Both the position numbers and the translations under genes were made by a program. This document shows, piece by piece, positions 1 to 10,249 of a DNA stretch of 64,000 bases. The DNA lies in assembly GCA_958295905.1 (NCBI GenBank), contig OY282382.1, positions 4,034,887-4,098,886 on the forward strand, read 5' to 3'. How positions within the stretch are numbered: position 1 is the stretch's first letter; every line of letters begins with the position of its first letter. The notes beneath the pieces were generated by a model. The model was not told the origin of the DNA and made no database searches. It was given only the letters and a program-made list of their open reading frames with translations. The stretch comes from an uncultured Vicinamibacterales bacterium (GTDB lineage: Bacteria > Acidobacteriota > Vicinamibacteria > Vicinamibacterales > UBA8438).

Positions 1-1
1 C

Positions 2-283
2 GAGGCGGCGGCCCGGGCCGATCGCACCGGCATGTACAACTGCCCGCACACCGGGGTGGCGCTGGCCGCCCTCATCAAGCTGCGCGGACGCGGACAGATC
101 GACGCCGGCTCCCGGGTCGTCGTGGTGTCGACGGCCAGCGGCCTGAAGTTCACCGACTTCAAGCTCGGATACCACGAACGCCGATTGCCGGACGTACCCG
201 CCACGCACGCGAACATACCCGTCGAGCTGCCCGACGACTACGACGCGGTCAGGCGCGCCATCGACGAGCACGCGTCGAGCTGA
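2..283 (+). CDS. thrC: Threonine synthase, C-terminal part (5' truncated by window edge)
   Basis: [14 protein letters not shown]...[11 protein letters not shown] matches the C-terminus of PLP-dependent, plant-like threonine synthases. Confidence 0.8.
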   Translation, partial: EAAARADRTGMYNCPHTGVALAALIKLRGRGQIDAGSRVVVVSTASGLKFTDFKLGYHERRLPDVPATHANIPVELPDDYDAVRRAIDEHASS

Positions 284-354
284 CAGGGCCATCGGGGCCG
301 TCGGGACCCTCCGCGATCCGAGTTCATGCTAGAATCGAACCGATAAAGCGCCTG

Positions 355-579
355 ATGCCGATCTACGAATACCGGTGCGCGCAGTGCCGGCAGCATTTCG
401 AATTGCTGGTCCACGCCGGGGCCACCCCGGCTTGTCCGGCCTGCGACACCCCGACGCTGCAGAAACGTCTGTCCGCGTTCTCGGTGGGCCGCCCGGGCAC
501 GGCGTCCGCCGGTTCGGCGCCCCAGGCCTGCGGCCGTTGCGGTGACCCGCGGGGGGCCGGCGCCTGTTCGACGAACTGA
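355..579 (+). CDS. FmdB-family zinc-ribbon protein
   Basis: MPIYEYRCxxC...CPxC signature. Confidence 0.85.
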   Translation: MPIYEYRCAQCRQHFELLVHAGATPACPACDTPTLQKRLSAFSVGRPGTASAGSAPQACGRCGDPRGAGACSTN

Positions 580-667
580 CTCCGCCGTCGACGCCGCCCC
601 GGCGATCGAGCGCCGGGCTCCCGGACGAGCGGTCGTCGCCAGACAGCAGCAAGGAGCGTACAGCAGC

Positions 668-1045
668 ATGTCCGTGCCGCGGATCACCAAGGAAGCCCTG
701 AAGGCGCGTCTCGAAGAGGACGCCGCAAACGCACCGGTCATCATGGACGCCCGGCTCAAGTATCCGTACGAGCACAGTACCGTGACCCTGCCCGGCGCCG
801 TGCGCGTGGATCCGAGCGACGGCGTCGACACGTCCGGGCTCTCACCCGATCGGGACATCGTCGCCTACGATTCCGATCCGGAGGAGCTGGTGAGCGCGCA
901 TGTCGCGGCGATGCTCATTCGCCGGGGTTTCCGGGCGAGCGCGCTCCAGGGCGGACTGGCGGACTGGATCACCGCCAAGTACCCCACCGACGCGAAGGAC
1001 GCGCCAAAGCAGGCGCCGCCCAAGGCCGGCGATTTGAAGGGTTAG
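668..1045 (+). CDS. Rhodanese-like domain protein
   Basis: RITKEALKARL..VIMDAR..TLPGA..LQGGLADW pattern; Asp at the catalytic Cys position (AYDSD), so probably non-catalytic; AAGGAG upstream of ATG 668. Confidence 0.75.
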   Translation: MSVPRITKEALKARLEEDAANAPVIMDARLKYPYEHSTVTLPGAVRVDPSDGVDTSGLSPDRDIVAYDSDPEELVSAHVAAMLIRRGFRASALQGGLADWITAKYPTDAKDAPKQAPPKAGDLKG

Positions 1046-1051
1046 AGACCC

Positions 1052-3124
1052 GTGGCGGGCGCCCCGGGCGGTATCGCCGCGGACGGCTGGAGGCGGGCAG
1101 CCGGGCGCAACCGATCGAGACGAATCCCCCGCGGCATCCTCCTCGGCGTACTCGGCATCGTGGCTGCCTTGTGGGGGTTGGCGCCGCGGCCGGTCGCGCA
1201 GGGTCCGGAATCGTCGGCCGCCGGGTACGCCGCATTGGCTCTGCAACCCGTCCTCGGAGACGCCCCACACCTCTGCGGCACGCCGGCCCTCTTCGACCTC
1301 CAGATACGGTCGGGCTTCGCTCCTCCATCCGCAGCGGTTCCCATGACGGAGCCCGATGTGCGCGACGGGCCGCTCTGGTACGACCAGAATCCGCGGCTCG
1401 TCCGCGCTGACCATACCGGCGGGCTGGCGTTCGACAACTTCCTCGTCGCCGGCGACGTGGCCGCCCTGTCGTTCGAACGCCTGTCTCTCGGCGCCGAGGG
1501 CTTCATCGCGCGGGAGACCTGGCAACGCACCGGCACCACCGACATCGACGGACATCTGATCAGCGTCTTCAACCCGAGATGGGACAGCGCCGCCCTGTGG
1601 GACAGCATCGGCTGGCAACGCCGCGGCTTCGACCACCCCTGGGTGCGATTCGGAACGCTCCTGGTCCCGAGGCCTTCCGATGGGGACGGTGATGACGCGG
1701 CAGCGAGATTCTTCATCAGGCTGCGCGTGGCGCCGTTGAACGTGCCGTCGGCGGAGGTGACCCGGATCGACGCCGACACCCAATACGCGAGCCACGTCGT
1801 CAACCTTGTCGTGCCGCAGTTCGGCGACCGCCGGCTGTCCGCCGGCGACTACGGCTATGAGCTCGACGAAGCCGCGAATCGCTTCTACGCGCACTTTCGG
1901 GACGAGTACGCGTCTATCGCGATCGTGCCCCGACAGCAGCACGTCGTCCCCTACGACGGCTTCCACCACAACGTGAGTAACCCGATTGCCGGCCTCGGCG
2001 CCCTCCCGGTGTTCGACAACACGGAGGCGTACGGCAGCGCGGGCGCGCTCCGCTCCGTGGAGCTGTATCCGGACGTGTCGTTCACCTCCATGGCCGTGTC
2101 GACGCACGAGATCGGACACCAGTGGGTAGACTACTGGGACTGGTCGGCGCTGGCCGGGGGCCTCGATCGCGCCGGGCTCGATCCCGACCGCCACACGCCG
2201 TTGCTCTTTCCCGGCGAGGTCTACTCCGGCGCGGTGCTCGACGTGACGCGGCGGGTCGCCGCCGTCGAAGGCGGGACCGCGTTCGCGATTGAACGCACGC
2301 CGGCTCCGGCCCTGCAGCACCCGACGACCCGCTACCGGATGGGGTTGATCGGGCCGGAGGCGGTGCCGGAGGTCCGGGTCTTCCTGAATCAAGGCCAGTT
2401 CGACGCGGCCGATGCGGTGGCGCCGGCGGTCGGAACCGAGGTCGCCGGCCGCGGGCGCCGCGTGCACGTCAACGACGTGCTGGCGGAGCACGGGGCGCGC
2501 CGCGGACCGGTGGACGACGCGTGGTCGCGCGTGACGGTCGTGGTCTCGCGCGATGGGTTGCTGTCACCGGAGGAAATGAGCTACTGGAACTTCTTTGCCG
2601 CCCGGCATGCGGCAACCGGCGGCGTGACCACCTGGGAGGGAGTCCCGTCGTTCTTCGAGGCCACCGGCGGCGCGGTGCCGTTGCGCACCGACGTGACGCC
2701 GTTGAACGCGGCCAAGATCGCCGCGACGGTCGAGACCAGCCACATGCCCATCGCCCCCGCGGAGTTCAGAGAGGTGGAGCTCGACGCGCCGGTGCCCGCG
2801 CTCATCACGGCCGGCGAGAGCGTCACGATCGCGGGCGCCGTGACCACGACCGAGCGCGACGACTTCACCATCGCCTGCGCGACCTGGAATCGCGATGGCG
2901 CGGGCAGCGATGACATGATCTTCGAGTGCGCCTCGATCGCCGGCAATCGATTCTCGATACCGTACAGGTTCCGCGACGGCGACGCCGGTCACTACAGGCT
3001 CGAGATCCGTCTCTACTTCCCGAATTCCGGTCCGCAGTTCCCGCGCGCAGCCGTCTCCGGCATCACGGTCGCCGGGCGGAACACCGCCCCATCGGGCGCA
3101 GGCTTCCGGCGGCGCGGACGTTGA
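1052..3124 (+). CDS. Exported hypothetical protein, putative zinc metallopeptidase
   Basis: N-terminal hydrophobic segment; HEIGH (HExxH) motif; start uncertain. Confidence 0.55.
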   Translation: MAGAPGGIAADGWRRAAGRNRSRRIPRGILLGVLGIVAALWGLAPRPVAQGPESSAAGYAALALQPVLGDAPHLCGTPALFDLQIRSGFAPPSAAVPMTEPDVRDGPLWYDQNPRLVRADHTGGLAFDNFLVAGDVAALSFERLSLGAEGFIARETWQRTGTTDIDGHLISVFNPRWDSAALWDSIGWQRRGFDHPWVRFGTLLVPRPSDGDGDDAAARFFIRLRVAPLNVPSAEVTRIDADTQYASHVVNLVVPQFGDRRLSAGDYGYELDEAANRFYAHFRDEYASIAIVPRQQHVVPYDGFHHNVSNPIAGLGALPVFDNTEAYGSAGALRSVELYPDVSFTSMAVSTHEIGHQWVDYWDWSALAGGLDRAGLDPDRHTPLLFPGEVYSGAVLDVTRRVAAVEGGTAFAIERTPAPALQHPTTRYRMGLIGPEAVPEVRVFLNQGQFDAADAVAPAVGTEVAGRGRRVHVNDVLAEHGARRGPVDDAWSRVTVVVSRDGLLSPEEMSYWNFFAARHAATGGVTTWEGVPSFFEATGGAVPLRTDVTPLNAAKIAATVETSHMPIAPAEFREVELDAPVPALITAGESVTIAGAVTTTERDDFTIACATWNRDGAGSDDMIFECASIAGNRFSIPYRFRDGDAGHYRLEIRLYFPNSGPQFPRAAVSGITVAGRNTAPSGAGFRRRGR

Positions 3125-3317
3125 CCCCGCACACCGCGGAGGAGGCGGCTTCCGGTATGGGCGGCCGGCTTCGCCGAAGGGCGCACGCGCCGGCCGCGGC
3201 CGGCCGCCAAGATCCGGATTGGCACGTGATAGGATGAATCGGTTCGGCGACGGAACAGGACGCCGACCGGGCTTCGTGGACCTCCGCCGACTGCGCCGAC
3301 TGGATGGAATCGGGCCG

Positions 3318-4061
3318 ATGATTCCCGTGAGCCTCGTGCGCCGGTCGGCGGGGTCCTGCCTGCGCGGCTGGAGCCGCTCGGTGGCGCTGCTCCTCGCGGC
3401 GGCCGGGCTGAGCCTCGGGGGCATGACGCCGAGCGGCGGCGCCCAGCCGCTCTCCCAGTCTCCCGAAGACCTGCAGCGTGCGCTGCAGCGGCGCTACGAA
3501 CTCGTCCGGGACTTCTCGGCCGAGTTCACGCACACCTACCAGGGCGGCCTGCTGCGGACGACCCTCGTCGAGCGCGGCACGGTCATGGTGAAGAAGCCCG
3601 GCCGGATGCGGTGGGACTACCGCGAGCCGGAGCGCAAGCTCTACCTGTCGGACGGCGAGCATCTCTATTCCTATCTGCCGGAGGATCGCCAGGTCATCGT
3701 CGGCGAGCTCCCGGCGGCCGACGAGGCCACCACCCCGGCCCTGTTCCTGGCCGGCGCGGGAGACTTCGCCGCCGATTTCACGGCGGTGTTCGACGCGGTC
3801 GACGATCCGCCGCCCGACAGCCGCGTCCTGCGCCTGACCCCGACGCGCCCGGAACGCGATTTCGAGTTCCTGATCGTGGTCCTCGACGCGCCGTCGCTGG
3901 CGATCGTCCGCCTGGTGGCCTACGACCTGCAAGGAGGCGTTTCCACCTTCTTCTTCTCCAACCTCCGGGAGAACGTGGGCCTGTCCGATCGCCCGTTCAC
4001 CTTCGACATTCCCCGCGACGCCGATGTCATCGACACCACCGCCTCCGGTACGTTCCGCTAG
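3318..4061 (+). CDS. lolA: Outer-membrane lipoprotein carrier protein LolA
   Basis: FSAEFTH..G.V.VKKPGRMRWDY..P..LYLSDG..; C-terminal FTFDIP; start approximate. Confidence 0.85.
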   Translation: MIPVSLVRRSAGSCLRGWSRSVALLLAAAGLSLGGMTPSGGAQPLSQSPEDLQRALQRRYELVRDFSAEFTHTYQGGLLRTTLVERGTVMVKKPGRMRWDYREPERKLYLSDGEHLYSYLPEDRQVIVGELPAADEATTPALFLAGAGDFAADFTAVFDAVDDPPPDSRVLRLTPTRPERDFEFLIVVLDAPSLAIVRLVAYDLQGGVSTFFFSNLRENVGLSDRPFTFDIPRDADVIDTTASGTFR

Positions 4062-4125
4062 GAGTCCGGGCCTCGGAACGGCGGCGCGTCCCGGCGGGAC
4101 GCGCCGACTCCCCGCCGGGTTGTGG

Positions 4126-6048
4126 ATGCCGGCGGCGCATGAGGAGCGGCTGAACTGGCGTCCCGCCGGAAGGCGCCGACTCCCCGCCGGGTCGGCCGGG
4201 CGGGAAGCGAAGCCGCAACGCCACGGTTTCCGGGCCGGTCGCCGGATACCGGCCGCCGCCGGGTTGATCGCGGCCGGGTTCTGTCTGGTCCTCGCGGCCG
4301 GCTGCGCGACCACCGCCAGGGATCGGGCCCGCACCGCGGAGCTGGCCGAGAACTTCGATGAAGCGGTGATCGAGTACACCCGGGCGCTGCAGGATCGACC
4401 GGACGACCGGACGCTCCAACGGGACCTCGAGCGTGCCCGGCTGCGGGCCGCGCAGTATCACCACGCGGAGGGGCTCCGCCTTGCCGGTCTCGGGAACTAC
4501 GAGGACTCGCTGGTCGAGCATCAGATCGCGGCCGAACTCAACCCCGCGAGCTCGGAAATCCAGGACATCCTGCGCGAGACGGCAGAGCGGGTACGGACCC
4601 GGCACGCCGCCCTGCGCGCCGGCCGGACCGAGATCGAGGCGCTGGTCGAGCGGACCCGATTCCTCCCGCCCGAGGGGCTGGAGCTACCGGACGACGTCCT
4701 CCCGGACTCCCTCGTCTTTCGTGATGCGAGCACGCGCGACGTCTTCACCGCCCTGGGCCTGTTCTCCGACGTGAACGTCGTTTTCGATCCGGCCTTCGTC
4801 GACCGGCGGATCTCCGTCGATCTGCGCGGCGCGCGCCTGCCCGACGCCTTCGCGTCGGTGACGCGGTCCTCGCAGAACTTCTACCGCGTAACCGCCCGGC
4901 GGACCGTCACCGTGATTCCCGACACGCCCGCCAAGCGGAGCGAGTACGAGGAAGAGGTCGTCCAGACCTTCTATCTCAGCAACGCGAACCTCGAGGAGGC
5001 GGTCAACCTGCTCCGCCTCGTCCTTGATGTGCGTCGGCTGTCCGCGGTCACGGCCACCCGATCCCTCTCGATCCGGGATACGCCCGAGCGGGTCGCGGCT
5101 GCCGCCCGACTCATCACCGCCATCGACAAGGCGCCTCCCGAAGTCGTGATCGACGTCGAGCTGCTGGAGGTCGACCGACAGCGATTGCGCGACTACGGCC
5201 TCCAGTTCGCATCGGCCCGCTCGCCGGGTATCAACGGATCCGTGACCGTCAACCCGGCCAGCGGCACCCTTTCCATCGATGACCTGGGCAGCCTGGCGGC
5301 CACGGACGTCTTCGTCGCCAACCTCCCGAGCCTGTTCTATCGCCTGCTGAAACAGGACCAGCAGACCCATACGCTGGCCAACCCCCAAATCCGCGCGTCG
5401 GCGGGCGAGGCTGTCGACGCGCAGTTCGGGGACCGGGTACCGGTTCCCGTCACCACGTTCACGCCGTTCGCGGCCGGCGGCCTGCAACAGCAGCCGGTGA
5501 CCTCCTACGACTACCGCAACATCGGCGTCAACATCCAGCTCACACCGCATATCCACCACGACGACGAGGTCTCCCTCGATGTCCTCATCGAAGTGCTCAA
5601 CATCTCCGGCGAAGGGTACGGCGAGCTGCCGACGTTCGGCGAACGATCGATCACCACCACCATACGCCTGCGCAACGGCGAGACCAGCATCCTCGCGGGT
5701 CTGATCCGCGACGACGAGCGCGAGATACTGGAGGGCATCCCCGGCCTGAGCGACCTGCCGTTCATCGGTCGGCTGTTCGCCCGCAACCGTCTGGAGACCC
5801 AGGAAACCGACATCATCGTGACCGTGACGCCCCGCATCCTCCGGGTTCTGGATCTCGAGGAGACCGACCTGCGGGCGTTCCGGTTCGACGGCGACGGCTC
5901 GTTCGATCTGGGATCGAGAACGCCCCCGGAACGGATACCGGTCCCCGGCGCGCTCCGGCCTCCGGAGGGCGGGCAACCCGCGCCGAGGCGCAGTCCGGAA
6001 CCCGGACGGGTTCTTCCGATCAGACCCCCGCCGCTCGATCCCCGGTAA
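4126..6048 (+). CDS. Secretin (GspD/PilQ family) lipoprotein with N-terminal TPR-like region
   Basis: Lipobox LAAG-C; secretin motifs EVVIDVELLEV, LANPQIRA, GIPGLSDLPFIGRLF; start approximate. Confidence 0.85.
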   Translation: MPAAHEERLNWRPAGRRRLPAGSAGREAKPQRHGFRAGRRIPAAAGLIAAGFCLVLAAGCATTARDRARTAELAENFDEAVIEYTRALQDRPDDRTLQRDLERARLRAAQYHHAEGLRLAGLGNYEDSLVEHQIAAELNPASSEIQDILRETAERVRTRHAALRAGRTEIEALVERTRFLPPEGLELPDDVLPDSLVFRDASTRDVFTALGLFSDVNVVFDPAFVDRRISVDLRGARLPDAFASVTRSSQNFYRVTARRTVTVIPDTPAKRSEYEEEVVQTFYLSNANLEEAVNLLRLVLDVRRLSAVTATRSLSIRDTPERVAAAARLITAIDKAPPEVVIDVELLEVDRQRLRDYGLQFASARSPGINGSVTVNPASGTLSIDDLGSLAATDVFVANLPSLFYRLLKQDQQTHTLANPQIRASAGEAVDAQFGDRVPVPVTTFTPFAAGGLQQQPVTSYDYRNIGVNIQLTPHIHHDDEVSLDVLIEVLNISGEGYGELPTFGERSITTTIRLRNGETSILAGLIRDDEREILEGIPGLSDLPFIGRLFARNRLETQETDIIVTVTPRILRVLDLEETDLRAFRFDGDGSFDLGSRTPPERIPVPGALRPPEGGQPAPRRSPEPGRVLPIRPPPLDPR

Positions 6049-6184
6049 CCCGGGGAACCGTGCGCCCGCCGCCGCGTCCGTCGAGAGCCCGGCGCCCGGC
6101 GGTTTCTCCGGCGCCGCCGCCGCGGGGACCGTGTGCCCGCCGCCGCGTCCGCCGAGGATTGCCCACCCAGCGGCGGGGCCGGCG

Positions 6185-7474
6185 TCACGGACGCTCGATG
6201 TCTATCCGGGCCCCGAGGGCGAGCAGACGCTCGACGAGCTGCGCGTAGCCCCGCTCGACCGTCTCCAGCGGATGAATGCGGCTGGTGCCGGTCGCAGCCA
6301 GGGAGGCCGCGATGAGGGCCATCCCCGACCGCAGATCGCGGCTGTCGAGGGTGCGGCCGGTCAGGGCCGCCGGTCCGTCGACGATCATGCGGTGGGGATC
6401 GCAGAGGAAGAGGTTCGCGCTCATCCCGCTCAACTGCTCGAGGGCGAACAACCGCAGCTCGTACATCCAGTCGTGAATCAGCGTCCGTCCCCGCGCCTGC
6501 GTCGCGAGGACACAGATGAGACTGACCATGTCGCTCGGGAACCCGGGCCAGGGCGCGGTGGTGATCTGCCGGACGGCTTCCGGCACCGATGGGCGCAGCC
6601 ACAGTCGATCGTCGTCCACGTCGCAGTCGACGGCCATTCTCCGGAGCACCGAGGTAATCGGCTCGAGGTCGCCGGCGGCGGCCCCGTGGACCTCGATCTC
6701 GCCGCCGGTCACCGCCGCGGCAACCGCCCAGCTTCCCGCTTCGATGTAGTCCCCGCCGAGGCGATGCTCGACCCCCGTCAACGACCCCCCGCCGGCGATG
6801 CGCACGGTGGACGTGCCGGCGCCCTCGACCTCGGCCCCCATCCGGGTCAGGAACCGGCACAGCTCCACCACGTGTGGCTCGCAGGCGGCGTGTCGAATCT
6901 CGCTCACCCCCGGGGCCGCGGCCGCCGCGAGCAGGGCGGTCTCGGTGCCCGTCACCGACGCTTCTTCCAGATACAGCGAGGCCGGCCGCAGACCGCCGGG
7001 GGCTTCCAGCACGAAGTCGCCGCCGCTCTCCGGCAGACGCCGGACCCCCATCGCCTCGAGCGCCTGGAGATGGGCCGACAGGGTGCGCCGCGCCGGGAAA
7101 TCACCCCCCGGCGGCGCCAGTCGGACCCGGCCGAGCCGCGCCAGGAGGGGGCCGCACAACAGCACCGAGCCGCGCAACCGGCCGACCAGATCGCTGTCCG
7201 GGACATCGCCGGTGACCTGCCCGCAGTCGACCCGCAGGGTGGTGGTCCCCACCCCGTCGATCGCCGCTCCGAGCCCCAGCAGCAGATCCGCCATCACCTG
7301 CACGTCCTTGATGCGGGGGACGTTGGTGAGAACGCAGGTGCGCTCCGTCAGCAGGCACGCCGCCAGCAGCGGCAGCGCCGCGTTCTTGTTGCCCTCGACG
7401 TCGATTCGGCCCTCCAGACGATGACCGCCCTCGACCACCAGACTCGTCAGACTGCTGTCCACCGGTCCCGTCAT
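6185..7474 (-). CDS. murA: UDP-N-acetylglucosamine 1-carboxyvinyltransferase (Cys-to-Asp active-site loop)
   Basis: GNKNAALPLLAA, LRGSVLLCGPLL, PWPGFPSD, DLRSG, ERGY motifs. Confidence 0.95.
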   Translation of the reverse strand: MTGPVDSSLTSLVVEGGHRLEGRIDVEGNKNAALPLLAACLLTERTCVLTNVPRIKDVQVMADLLLGLGAAIDGVGTTTLRVDCGQVTGDVPDSDLVGRLRGSVLLCGPLLARLGRVRLAPPGGDFPARRTLSAHLQALEAMGVRRLPESGGDFVLEAPGGLRPASLYLEEASVTGTETALLAAAAAPGVSEIRHAACEPHVVELCRFLTRMGAEVEGAGTSTVRIAGGGSLTGVEHRLGGDYIEAGSWAVAAAVTGGEIEVHGAAAGDLEPITSVLRRMAVDCDVDDDRLWLRPSVPEAVRQITTAPWPGFPSDMVSLICVLATQARGRTLIHDWMYELRLFALEQLSGMSANLFLCDPHRMIVDGPAALTGRTLDSRDLRSGMALIAASLAATGTSRIHPLETVERGYAQLVERLLALGARIDIERP

Positions 7475-7481
7475 GTCTGAT

Positions 7482-8540
7482 TCATCCTGCTCCGGAAATC
7501 GTCCCGCCGTCCGCCCGGCCAACCAGCCCCTCAGGCATCGGCGCAGACTCCCGGCCGAACTCGCCCAGATACACGACCTCGTCGCGCAGGACCAGGCCGA
7601 ACCGTTCCGCGACCGCGGTGCGGCACGCCTCGATCAGGCGCCGCACGTCCCGCGCGGCGGCGCCCCCCGCGTTCACGATGAAGTTCGCGTGCAGCGGCGA
7701 CACGACCGCCCCCCCGATCCGGCGCCCTTTCAGTCCCGCGCGTTCAATCAGGGCGCCGGCCGAGCGCGGCACCCCGTCCGGCAGCCGGCCGTCACCCGCA
7801 CGCGGGTTCTGGAACACGCACCCCGCCGAGGCCTGCGCGAGCGGCTGGGTCCGCTTGCGAAACGCCAACGACCCGCGGGCCGCCTCGCGCAACTGCGCCA
7901 TCACCCCGCGGCCCACCCGAAACTCGGCCCAGCGCACCAGCTCGCCGGTATGTTGCACGCGGCTGTCGTCGTACCCGAAGGCCATGGACGCCCGCGGCAC
8001 GACGAACTCCGTGCCGACACGGTCCGCCAGGCCCACCGCGGTCACACGGTCCCCGATCAACCGGCCCTTGAAGTGGGCGTTGCCGCGAATGGCTCCGCCC
8101 ACCGTCCCCGGCGTGCCGGCCCACCGTTCGAGGCCGGACAGGCCGCGTCGAATCGTCCAGCGCACCAGATGGTTGACGGTCACCCCGCCGTCCGCCCGCA
8201 CCGTGCCCGCGTCGGTTCGAGAGATCATCCCGTGGCGCAGGCGCACGACGAGGCCGCGTACGCCGGCGTCGGACACCAGGACGTTCGAGCCGCCGCCCAG
8301 CACCGTCAGCCGCAGCTTCAGGGCGTTCGCGATCCGAACCGCGGCGACCAGATCAGACACCTGCGACGTCTCGACCAGCCAGTCGGCCGCCCCCCCGGTG
8401 CGGAAGGTCGTCAGGTTCGCGAGCGGCGCCCGTGACCGCAGGCGGTCCACGAAGACCTCCGCGAGGCGGGCGCCGGCCGCGCCGGCCTCCGCCCTGGAGA
8501 GCCGATCTGATGAATGCGCATCCGCCGACCGATCGGTCAC
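7482..8540 (-). CDS. murB: UDP-N-acetylenolpyruvoylglucosamine reductase
   Basis: TTFRTGG, LGGGSNVLVSD, PGTVGGAIRGNA, SAGCVFQNP, HANFIVN; GTG start overlaps the upstream stop (GTGA). Confidence 0.95.
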   Translation of the reverse strand: MTDRSADAHSSDRLSRAEAGAAGARLAEVFVDRLRSRAPLANLTTFRTGGAADWLVETSQVSDLVAAVRIANALKLRLTVLGGGSNVLVSDAGVRGLVVRLRHGMISRTDAGTVRADGGVTVNHLVRWTIRRGLSGLERWAGTPGTVGGAIRGNAHFKGRLIGDRVTAVGLADRVGTEFVVPRASMAFGYDDSRVQHTGELVRWAEFRVGRGVMAQLREAARGSLAFRKRTQPLAQASAGCVFQNPRAGDGRLPDGVPRSAGALIERAGLKGRRIGGAVVSPLHANFIVNAGGAAARDVRRLIEACRTAVAERFGLVLRDEVVYLGEFGRESAPMPEGLVGRADGGTISGAG

Positions 8541-9538
8541 GAAGCTACCGCGCCTCTCCGTCCGGGTCCCCGGCGGCTCGACGTTCCCGCCGGTCCGAGA
8601 CGGCGGTTCGACGTCGCCGCGAGCTGCATCAGTCTCTGCTCCGTCTTGATGAGGGCGGCGACCGCGTCGCCGTGTTCGCAGGCCTCGAAGGCGATCCAGT
8701 CCCCCGGGGCGAGTTGCCCGGCCACGCCCAGATCGGCGGTTATCACGGCGCCGAGCACGGCATAGCCGCCGGTCGTCTGCCGATCCGCCATGAGCAGTAT
8801 CGGGTGGCCGGCGGGAGGAACCTGAATCGTACCCGGCGGGGTGGCGGCCGACAGGACCGGGGCGGCGTCGGCGAGTCCGATCGCAGGTCCCTGCAACCGA
8901 TACCCCATCCGGTTCGAATCGGGGCCGACCGTGAACCGGCTGCGCGTGAAGCGCTTCAGGGCGCGGCCTTCGAACCGTTGCGGATCCGGTCCGGGTAGGA
9001 ATCGTACCCTGGCGCCGCCCGCCGGCGGTTGGAACCACCGGCCCGGCCGTCGGTCCAGAGCCGCGGCGCCACCCGCCGCGCCGACGTCGAGCCGGTCGCC
9101 GGCCCGCAACGGCCGGCCGCCAAGGCCCCCGAGGCGGCTCGCCAGATCGGTACTGCGGCTCCCGAGCCGCGGCGGCACCTCGACGCCCCCGCGCACCGCC
9201 ACATAGGCTCGGGCTCCGGCCGTCCGGCGGCCGAACCGGAGGAGGCTGCCCCGGCCGGCGCGGCCGGCCGCATTGACCGGCAGCGGCTGCGCATCGAGAG
9301 ACAGGTCGAACCGGGCGCCGGCGACGGCGAAGGTAGTGTCGGCGAGGAACTCGATCGCCGGACCGACCAGAGTCACTTCGAGGGTGGCCCGGTCCGGAGG
9401 GTTGCCGACGAGGAGATTCGCCACCCGATGCGACACCGGGTCCATCGGTCCCGCGACGGGCACGCCGAGGTGCTGGTAGCCCCATCGTCCGCCGTCCTGC
9501 ACCGTGGTCAGGAGCCCGGGGTCGACCATCCGGATCAC
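8537..9538 (-). CDS. pxpC: 5-oxoprolinase subunit C / KipA (allophanate hydrolase subunit 2 family)
   Basis: PGLLTTVQDGGR, SNRMGYRL, PGTIQVP, DRQTTGGY motifs. Confidence 0.9.
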   Translation of the reverse strand: MIRMVDPGLLTTVQDGGRWGYQHLGVPVAGPMDPVSHRVANLLVGNPPDRATLEVTLVGPAIEFLADTTFAVAGARFDLSLDAQPLPVNAAGRAGRGSLLRFGRRTAGARAYVAVRGGVEVPPRLGSRSTDLASRLGGLGGRPLRAGDRLDVGAAGGAAALDRRPGRWFQPPAGGARVRFLPGPDPQRFEGRALKRFTRSRFTVGPDSNRMGYRLQGPAIGLADAAPVLSAATPPGTIQVPPAGHPILLMADRQTTGGYAVLGAVITADLGVAGQLAPGDWIAFEACEHGDAVAALIKTEQRLMQLAATSNRRLGPAGTSSRRGPGRRGAVAS

Positions 9539-10245
9539 GTCATGCCTCCGGCCGTCGGCGCGCCCGGCGGCGCCGGCTCGAAGCGCACCCGGTCTCCGGG
9601 GCCGAAGAGGCCCGGCGGATGCCGCAGAGCGTCGAAGACCCGCACCGCGGTACGCCCGATGAGGCGCCAGCCACCGGGCGCCGCGGTCGGATAGACCCCC
9701 GTCTGTCTCCCCGCGATACCCACCGAACCGGCCGGGACCACCAGCCGGGGCGTCTCGCGCCGGGGCATCGCTATCCGGGGATCCACGATGCCCAGATAGG
9801 CGAACCCGTGCAGATACCCGACCATGTAGACGCGATAGGTGGTCGCGGTGTGCCGCCGGATCACCTCCGCGGCCGAACATCCCGCGAAGGCCGCCACCTC
9901 TTCCAGGTCCGGACCCTCCCCGCCGCCGTAGCGCACCGGGATCACGACCTCCCGGGACGCGTCCGCCTCGACCGCCGGCGTGGTCACCGCCTCCTCTAGC
10001 GCCGTCCACACCCGGCCGGCATCCGCCCGCAGGGGATCGAAGTACACGGTGACCGCGTGGTAGCCGGGGACGACGTCGCGCACCCCCCGATGCCTCCCGG
10101 CGGTGACCCGGGCCGCCGCCGCCACGACCCTGGCGTTGATGCCGGGATCGATGCGCGGCGCGAACTCGAGGGTGACGGCGGCATCTCCGGTCAGACGAAT
10201 GCGCCAGTCCCGAGCGGGGCGCGCCCGATCCGTCACGGTCCCCAC
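9535..10245 (-). CDS. pxpB: 5-oxoprolinase subunit B / KipI (allophanate hydrolase subunit 1 family)
   Basis: IPVRYGG..GPDL, GFAYLG, VPAGSVGIAG.QTGVYP..PGGWRLIGRT. Confidence 0.9.
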   Translation of the reverse strand: MGTVTDRARPARDWRIRLTGDAAVTLEFAPRIDPGINARVVAAAARVTAGRHRGVRDVVPGYHAVTVYFDPLRADAGRVWTALEEAVTTPAVEADASREVVIPVRYGGGEGPDLEEVAAFAGCSAAEVIRRHTATTYRVYMVGYLHGFAYLGIVDPRIAMPRRETPRLVVPAGSVGIAGRQTGVYPTAAPGGWRLIGRTAVRVFDALRHPPGLFGPGDRVRFEPAPPGAPTAGGMT

Positions 10246-10249
10246 CGCC

